From the IMG/VR virus record IMGVR_UViG_3300034777_000465, positions 1-32,740 of that record: a stretch of DNA of 32,740 bases. One strand, 5' to 3'. Positions 28,379 through 32,740 of this stretch are shown one piece after another; the first letter of the stretch is position 1; every line of letters begins with the position of its first letter. The translations under genes were made by a program, and so were the position numbers. The stretch is from a virus. Its lineage: Duplodnaviria; Caudoviricetes. Under the pieces are notes generated by a model. It did no database searches. It was not told the origin of the DNA and was given only the letters and a program-made list of their open reading frames with translations.

Positions 28379-28908
28379 AATATATCCTTTAAGTTTTTTA
28401 AGTGATCGTTACCAGTTTTCTGTTTGCGCTCTTTAACGCTGCCGTCTTCAAGTTTTAATGTCCGGTTGAGAAGCCAGTGCTGATGCTGTGAGTGCCTTGG
28501 GTCACTGGGGTTGAGGTAAGCATCCGAGTTATGGCCATCAGGGCTGATTGTTTTGTTAGCCATTGCAACGAACTCAGCATAGCTTGGCGGCCAGCTATCA
28601 ATACCATTTTGCTTATTCTTGGCAATATCGCGTTCCATTGACTCAAACGCATAAGACCATTTTTCATCAGTGAGATGCTCGGTTTTACGGCACCAAAGCA
28701 TAAACGTATCTGAATACTTGCCATCAGGGTTAAGCATCTCCCCTTCCGATGAACTCCACTTGTGCCGGTAGAGTTGGGTCATTCTCGTCCATAGTGCGCT
28801 GACTAGCCTCTTCTGCCTCACACTCGGCCCAGATTCGTTTGGCTTGGTCTGCTGTTCGTTCTGTAAGGGATTGTTTTGGCTGATTAGGTCGTTGATGTGT
28901 TTGGTCAT
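28375..28908 (-). CDS. Replication accessory protein (lambda P-position, putative helicase loader)
   Basis: LWTRMTQLYRHKW..., WPPSYAEF; start MTKHINDL at 28908 with RBS aggga; follows the initiator. Confidence 0.55.
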   Translation of the reverse strand: MTKHINDLISQNNPLQNEQQTKPNESGPSVRQKRLVSALWTRMTQLYRHKWSSSEGEMLNPDGKYSDTFMLWCRKTEHLTDEKWSYAFESMERDIAKNKQNGIDSWPPSYAEFVAMANKTISPDGHNSDAYLNPSDPRHSQHQHWLLNRTLKLEDGSVKERKQKTGNDHLKNLKDIL

Positions 28909-29539
28909 TGTTATTTCCCTTTGGAGCGAATAGCCCCTGGTAATCATTCTGAATAGATTGGTCGATAATCTGCTGTTGAACTTCAAAAGCGTAATTAGTT
29001 AAAAGCTTAAATTGTTTATCTGCCGCCTTCTGACTAACCTTCTTTTTCTTTGACTTGCGATAAGCAATCCACTCATCCCATGCAGGCTGATTAATGCCGT
29101 CAGGTATTATTATTTCCTTAGTTATTGGTTTATCGTTATTAGTTATTAGTTCTTGGTTAGCTTTCTTATGGGTTATGTCTGGGTTAGCTAAATTAACCGA
29201 CTGGGTTTCTTTCCCTTTATTCTTGCGGGGTCGGCCTCCCTTCTTGCCGTTAGATCGCGCTATTTCACCTCTGTCATGGTACGCCTTTATCTCAATATCA
29301 CAACGATAAGAGTGCCAACCATCATCTTCTAAGGTGAAGAACTCGGAAAGTATTTGCTCAAATTCATTAACGTAAGAACCCAAGCGCAACCTGCGAATAA
29401 CCGGCTGGGTTTCTTTGGGTATTGGTTTCTCAGTATCGTAATAGAAGTCGATTAGACGACGATAAACAGCCTCTTCTTCAAGGGTGAGATGAACTGTGTG
29501 CAGATTAAAATCCGCAATATTAAAAGGGTAATAGTGCAT
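28730..29539 (-). CDS. Replication initiator, DUF1376/YdaU family
   Basis: MHYYPFNIADF..HLTLEEEAVYRRLIDFYY, NGKKGGRP, WDEWIAYRK, IIDQSIQNDYQGLF. Confidence 0.85.
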   Translation of the reverse strand: MHYYPFNIADFNLHTVHLTLEEEAVYRRLIDFYYDTEKPIPKETQPVIRRLRLGSYVNEFEQILSEFFTLEDDGWHSYRCDIEIKAYHDRGEIARSNGKKGGRPRKNKGKETQSVNLANPDITHKKANQELITNNDKPITKEIIIPDGINQPAWDEWIAYRKSKKKKVSQKAADKQFKLLTNYAFEVQQQIIDQSIQNDYQGLFAPKGNNNDQTHQRPNQPKQSLTERTADQAKRIWAECEAEEASQRTMDENDPTLPAQVEFIGRGDA

Positions 29540-29578
29540 TGTGTCTCGCCAGTTAATGTGGGCCAGTTGATTAAAATG

Positions 29579-29637
29579 CGCGGCAACCTAACTGGTGGAG
29601 GCTTTCAACATGGGAGCAACCCCATATCTATCCGCAA
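29579..29637 (-). ncRNA. Putative structured leader/antisense-type RNA upstream of the replication initiator
   Basis: Three-way junction: gcgg/ccgc, atatggg/cccatgt, agcct/aggtt; begins just after TGCTATAAT (29642-29650). Confidence 0.5.
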
Positions 29638-29657
29638 TTGAATTATAGCAAACCATT

Positions 29658-29810
29658 TTACTCTTTGGTAAGTTTTCTTATCTCAGCCACATAAACCTTA
29701 ATCTGCTCATGCTCTGAGGGGGTGGCGTATATGCCTCGCCGGACGTAGCCTTTATCGAGCTGACGTTGCTTGAAGGCTGCCTGCCTGGTCTTATCATCTT
29801 GAGCGCTCAT
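29658..29810 (-). CDS. Small RHH-like DNA-binding protein (50 aa)
   Basis: MSAQDDKTRQAAFKQRQLDKGYVRRGIYATPSEHEQIKVYVAEIRKLTKE; ATGA-coupled; missed by the ORF track. Confidence 0.55.
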   Translation of the reverse strand: MSAQDDKTRQAAFKQRQLDKGYVRRGIYATPSEHEQIKVYVAEIRKLTKE

Positions 29811-30076
29811 TGCTGAACACTCATTAGCTGGCGAACTTCTGGGGTGTTTTCTGGATATTCATGATTAATTATTTTTGCTTTCATGTACTCGATTTTTTTA
29901 AACCCTCCTGCTTCGTTACGTCGATATTCATTTAGGGCCAGCTCTTTTGCCCAATATTCGTTATTTGCCACCGCCTCTAAATCAATCTCATTATCTGCAC
30001 CTTCAGGCCAGATAACCACGCTCCAAAGTTTTCTAGAATAGTACATCTTTATCCCCTTATGCGCTTTCTGCGCCAT
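29807..30076 (-). CDS. Hypothetical early protein
   Basis: True start probably MYYSRK after RBS aagggg. Confidence 0.55.
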   Translation of the reverse strand: MAQKAHKGIKMYYSRKLWSVVIWPEGADNEIDLEAVANNEYWAKELALNEYRRNEAGGFKKIEYMKAKIINHEYPENTPEVRQLMSVQQ

Positions 30077-30278
30077 CTCTCATTAATTCAATTAGGTCGT
30101 CATATACTTCTGGCATCATACCCTTGTAGCCGTAATTAACCGCTGCACAAGCGGCTGAAGTATTAACCCATGCAAAGCCATCTTTAAGCCATGCCGTAGC
30201 TGATCCGAAGTCTCTATCAATATCAAGATCGGCTCCATGTTTGGCTGCTTCTTGCCTTAGTTGTTTTAGTGTTGCCAT
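30057..30278 (-). CDS. Hypothetical early protein
   Basis: 73 aa, RBS aacggag, directly under a strong promoter. Confidence 0.65.
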   Translation of the reverse strand: MATLKQLRQEAAKHGADLDIDRDFGSATAWLKDGFAWVNTSAACAAVNYGYKGMMPEVYDDLIELMRDGAESA

Positions 30279-30338
30279 TTATTTACTCCGTTTCCTTAGT
30301 TGATGTAAACATTATACACCATGTTAGCACTAACGCAA
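30279..30338 (-). promoter_or_regulatory. Leftward promoter with palindromic operator
   Basis: TTGCGT N16 TATAAT; palindrome GTTAG-N2-CTAAC at 30323-30334; leader caactaaggaaacggagt shared with repeat R1. Confidence 0.7.
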
Positions 30339-30364
30339 GGGTTATTTAATAAATCCCTATTATC

Positions 30365-30449
30365 TTAAAATAGTTATAAATAAGTGTTGCATCATTCAAA
30401 TAGTTTGTTATAATGGTTCTACCAACTAAGGAAACGGAGTTAAAAAAAA
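30365..30449 (+). repeat. Promoter/operator/RBS repeat R1
   Basis: ttaaaatagttataaataagtgTTGCATcattcaaatagtttgtTATAATggtt...aaacggagtt. Confidence 0.9.
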
Positions 30450-30695
30450 ATGAAAGACCTAATCAACCAACTTAAAGATATTGCAAAAAACAACTGCTGC
30501 GCTAGCGGGGATGCACAAGCAAGTAGTGAGCGACTGTATGTTGTTTGCTGGGATTTATCGGCAGGATTTCAATTTGATGTTTATCTGGATGGCAAGCCTG
30601 TATTTGGGCTAACTGAGCAAGCAATAGAGACCCTGCTAATTATTCACTCTTGCGCCCCCAGAGTTGGTAATGACACAAGAAGCTTGGCAGCATAA
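30450..30695 (+). CDS. Cassette ORF 1, hypothetical
   Basis: 81 aa directly after R1. Confidence 0.7.
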   Translation: MKDLINQLKDIAKNNCCASGDAQASSERLYVVCWDLSAGFQFDVYLDGKPVFGLTEQAIETLLIIHSCAPRVGNDTRSLAA

Positions 30696-30700
30696 ATTTA

Positions 30701-30784
30701 TTAAAATAGTTATAAATAAGTGTTGCATTCTTAAAATAGTTTGTTATAATGGTTCTACCAAATACGGAAACGGAGTTAAAAAAA
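30701..30784 (+). repeat. Promoter/operator/RBS repeat R2
   Basis: Near-identical to R1. Confidence 0.9.
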
Positions 30785-31126
30785 ATGAAATCATACGAAA
30801 TAAAAGACTTACCCGAAGCAGTACAACAGAAAATAAGATCAAGATTACGCGCTTTTTCTACGGTGGACGTATGGCAGAAAGCCAACGGTGAATATACCGT
30901 TAGCGCATCAACATTTCTAAGTGCTGGCCCATCCCCTAAATATATTGGCGAATATAAAGCCGAAGATGTCTTTACGATGAACGAGAGGGTTGTTAATTAT
31001 GTTAATGAATTCCGTGAATTTCCCTCCGGCCACAAGTTCAAGTACAACGGCAAAAAAGACTACAGGGCTATGCAAGGTGACTGGACAGTAGCTGAGATGG
31101 TTGACGGTAACATAGCATTTAACTAA
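30785..31126 (+). CDS. Cassette ORF 2, hypothetical (113 aa)
   Basis: Start MKSYEIK at 30785, after the repeat RBS. Confidence 0.75.
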   Translation: MKSYEIKDLPEAVQQKIRSRLRAFSTVDVWQKANGEYTVSASTFLSAGPSPKYIGEYKAEDVFTMNERVVNYVNEFREFPSGHKFKYNGKKDYRAMQGDWTVAEMVDGNIAFN

Positions 31127-31132
31127 AAATTA

Positions 31133-31188
31133 ACAGCGGCAGGGCTTAAAAACCCTGCTGCTGCAACTAAGATAACTGCAATAATTTA
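31133..31188 (+). pseudogene. Relic of the HTH gene, forming a hairpin
   Basis: Translates TAAGLKNPAAATKITA, compared with AAGLKSLAVVTQITG in the intact gene; cagcggcaggg/ccctgctgctg stem. Confidence 0.7.
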
Positions 31189-31270
31189 TTAAAATAGTTG
31201 TAAATAAGTGTTGCGTTATTAAAATAGTTTGTTATAATGGTTACACAAACTAAAAAACGGAGTAAGCATT
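31189..31270 (+). repeat. Promoter/operator/RBS repeat R3
   Basis: TTGCGT N16 TATAAT variant. Confidence 0.9.
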
Positions 31271-31459
31271 ATGAGTAGATTAGCCCCCAAAATGGTAGAA
31301 ATGGAACGCAGCGCACACTATAACCACCTAGCAGAGCAAGAACGTAGTCGAGCCATTGCTCAGTGGTTACGTGCCCACCCTGAAATTGGCGTATTGAATG
31401 GCGGTAAATTTTACAAGATAGTCGATAACGAAATGGTATTTTTAGAACCATTAAGTTAA
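31271..31459 (+). CDS. Cassette ORF 3, hypothetical
   Basis: 62 aa directly after R3. Confidence 0.7.
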   Translation: MSRLAPKMVEMERSAHYNHLAEQERSRAIAQWLRAHPEIGVLNGGKFYKIVDNEMVFLEPLS

Positions 31460-31543
31460 TTAAAATAGTTGTAAATAAGTGTTGCATCATTCAAATAGTT
31501 TTATTATAATAGTTACACCAAATACGGAAACGGAGTTAAAAAA
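31460..31543 (+). repeat. Promoter/operator/RBS repeat R4
   Basis: TTGCAT N17 TATAAT variant. Confidence 0.9.
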
Positions 31544-31696
31544 ATGAAAAAAGTAACAATAAAAACTATTGGCAGCCCAAAATACTCAAACGCTGTTGGT
31601 GGTAAAAAATATAGGGCATGTAAAGTTTATGGCGGTTATCAGGTGATTAGCAAGCGTTTTGGTTTATTCATAGATGATAGGGATGTTATGAAATGA
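31544..31696 (+). CDS. Cassette ORF 4a, basic hypothetical (50 aa)
   Basis: MKKVTIKTIGSPKY...DRDVMK*; missed by the ORF track. Confidence 0.65.
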   Translation: MKKVTIKTIGSPKYSNAVGGKKYRACKVYGGYQVISKRFGLFIDDRDVMK

Positions 31697-31875
31697 GAAA
31701 GCTAATTAAAGATGATGCAACAAAAACAAACAGCTCTGGGACACCGCTTTATTATTCAATACACGAAATTGCTGGCGCAAAAAAGCCCTTTGAAGTAAAG
31801 CTTCCAGGACAATATCCAAGAAGATATAAAAATCTTTCTTCTGCGCTGGAGTCATTTAACAAGGGGTTAAAATGA
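31693..31875 (+). CDS. Cassette ORF 4b, hypothetical
   Basis: 60 aa, ATGA-coupled to 4a. Confidence 0.6.
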   Translation: MRKLIKDDATKTNSSGTPLYYSIHEIAGAKKPFEVKLPGQYPRRYKNLSSALESFNKGLK

Positions 31876-31952
31876 CAGCATCACAACAAGCAAAAGCGGC
31901 AGGGCTTAAAAAGCCTGCTGATGCAGCTAGGCTAACTGCAACAATTTATTAA
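31872..31952 (+). pseudogene. Truncated copy of the HTH gene (26 codons)
   Basis: MTASQQAKAAGLKKPADAARLTATIY*; residues TASQQAKAAGLK are identical to the intact gene. Confidence 0.8.
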
Positions 31953-32032
31953 AATAACTTAAAATAAGTGTTGCGTTATTAAAATAGTTTGTTATAATGG
32001 TTTCACCAAATACGGAAACGGAGATAAAAATT
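31949..32032 (+). repeat. Promoter/operator/RBS repeat R5
   Basis: Core matches R3. Confidence 0.9.
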
Positions 32033-32248
32033 ATGAAACTTTCAGACATATACGGCATAGTAAATTCTGACAAAAATATTGATGTTTTATGGGCTGATGA
32101 CGGTTCACGGGTCACTAAATTTGAAGATAACCTGCCTTTAGTATGGCCCATTAATAGCAGCGTTAGCGCGTACCATGAACATATCAACGGCGGTATTGTC
32201 ATCACAAGAGAAGATGCCGCAAAAATGGGACTACACATTGAAAATTAA
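32033..32248 (+). CDS. Cassette ORF 5, acidic hypothetical (71 aa)
   Basis: Start MKLSDIY at 32033. Confidence 0.7.
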   Translation: MKLSDIYGIVNSDKNIDVLWADDGSRVTKFEDNLPLVWPINSSVSAYHEHINGGIVITREDAAKMGLHIEN

Positions 32249-32405
32249 TTTAACCGCATCACAGCAAGCAAAGGCGGCAGGGCTTAAAAGCCTTGCTGTT
32301 GTAACCCAAATAACTGGCGTATCACCGCAGACATTGATTAACTGGCATAAGCACAAGCCTGATCTGTTTAGGGTGGTTATAGCTGGATGTACTAAAGCCC
32401 CTTAG
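32238..32405 (+). CDS. Small HTH DNA-binding protein, candidate repressor of the array
   Basis: SLAVVTQITGVSPQTLINW HTH pattern; TTG start at 32238. Confidence 0.75.
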   Translation: MKINLTASQQAKAAGLKSLAVVTQITGVSPQTLINWHKHKPDLFRVVIAGCTKAP

Positions 32406-32420
32406 CTGGGGCTTTTTATT
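32394..32420. terminator. Rho-independent terminator, probably bidirectional
   Basis: aaagcccc-ttagct-ggggcttttt between convergent genes. Confidence 0.8.
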
Positions 32421-32431
32421 GGGTTATTTAA

Positions 32432-32614
32432 TCAGTACGCCAATGTCCACAAAAGCCCTGCAATCCCTATAAGCACCACCAGGATATGCACAGAAGTCAC
32501 TAACGCCTGATCGTCAATAGCCCTAAAACGCTTATACAGTTTTTTAATATCATTCCAGTGATAGCCAGTTAGAGATATTAATAGTGCTGCTATGAGTGTT
32601 GTTAGTATTTCCAT
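32432..32614 (-). CDS. Small two-TM membrane protein
   Basis: Two hydrophobic segments in 60 aa. Confidence 0.55.
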   Translation of the reverse strand: MEILTTLIAALLISLTGYHWNDIKKLYKRFRAIDDQALVTSVHILVVLIGIAGLLWTLAY

Positions 32615-32626
32615 TTTGTTTTTCCA

Positions 32627-32740
32627 TTAAAATTTAGTCTTATTTAGGTTGGCACCGCTTAGGTTGATGCCACTTAGGTTAGCACCGATCAGGCAGGCAC
32701 CAGTTAGGTCAGCACCAGTTAGGTCTGCATAACTTAGGTC
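32627..32740 (-). CDS. Pentapeptide-repeat protein, 3' part
   Basis: ...ADLTG ACLIG ANLSG INLSG ANLNKTKF*, in frame with 1..212 (98 aa after removing the 29-nt overlap). Confidence 0.85.
   Translation of the reverse strand, partial: DLSYADLTGADLTGACLIGANLSGINLSGANLNKTKF
32712..32740. repeat. Terminal direct repeat (right copy)
   Basis: Identical to 1-29. Confidence 0.9.

Noticed and set aside
30365-32032. CRISPR array or integron attC array
   Set aside because: The repeats are ~85-bp promoters separated by ORF-containing stretches of roughly 190-400 bp. There is no cas or integron integrase gene, and no attC-like RYYYAAC/GTTRRRY ends.
30640-32238. Track ORFs 30640-30885, 30664-30891, 31269-31490, 31927-32238 and upstream extensions (starts at 30749, 31997, 32175)
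   Set aside because: They run through promoter repeats or overlap better-supported genes; the real starts follow the RBS motifs.

Overview
This window looks like a complete, circularly permuted ~32.7 kb tailed dsDNA phage genome with siphovirus-type morphogenesis genes. Bases 1-29 repeat exactly at 32712-32740, and a pentapeptide-repeat ORF reads across that junction. The host is probably a gammaproteobacterium (inferred from a CsrA homolog, an outer-membrane beta-barrel, and NinB/Lar/RusA-type genes). The + strand at 0.56-9.7 kb carries recombination/early genes (ERF, exonuclease, SSB, NinB, Lar, Ref-like, RusA), then holin, an unannotated csrA, endolysin, an OMP and a membrane-anchored HNH protein. 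The - strand at 9.7-29.6 kb carries tail, head and packaging genes, a set of modular Ig-like genes, an orphan DNA methyltransferase and a DUF1376-type replication module. I recognise no integrase, partition system, tRNA or CRISPR array. Most unusual features: (1) a 30.36-32.42 kb array of five near-identical ~85-bp promoter/operator/RBS units, each driving unrelated small ORFs, ending in an HTH gene, with two identically truncated relics of that HTH gene inside the array; (2) a divergent mini-operon ending in an RHH-like gene; (3) a three-way-junction leader RNA whose loop is complementary to two repeats just before the replication initiator start; (4) three domain-shuffled Ig-like genes sharing a C-terminal ...KLGG tag. 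Family assignments come from motif recognition by eye, not from database searches.
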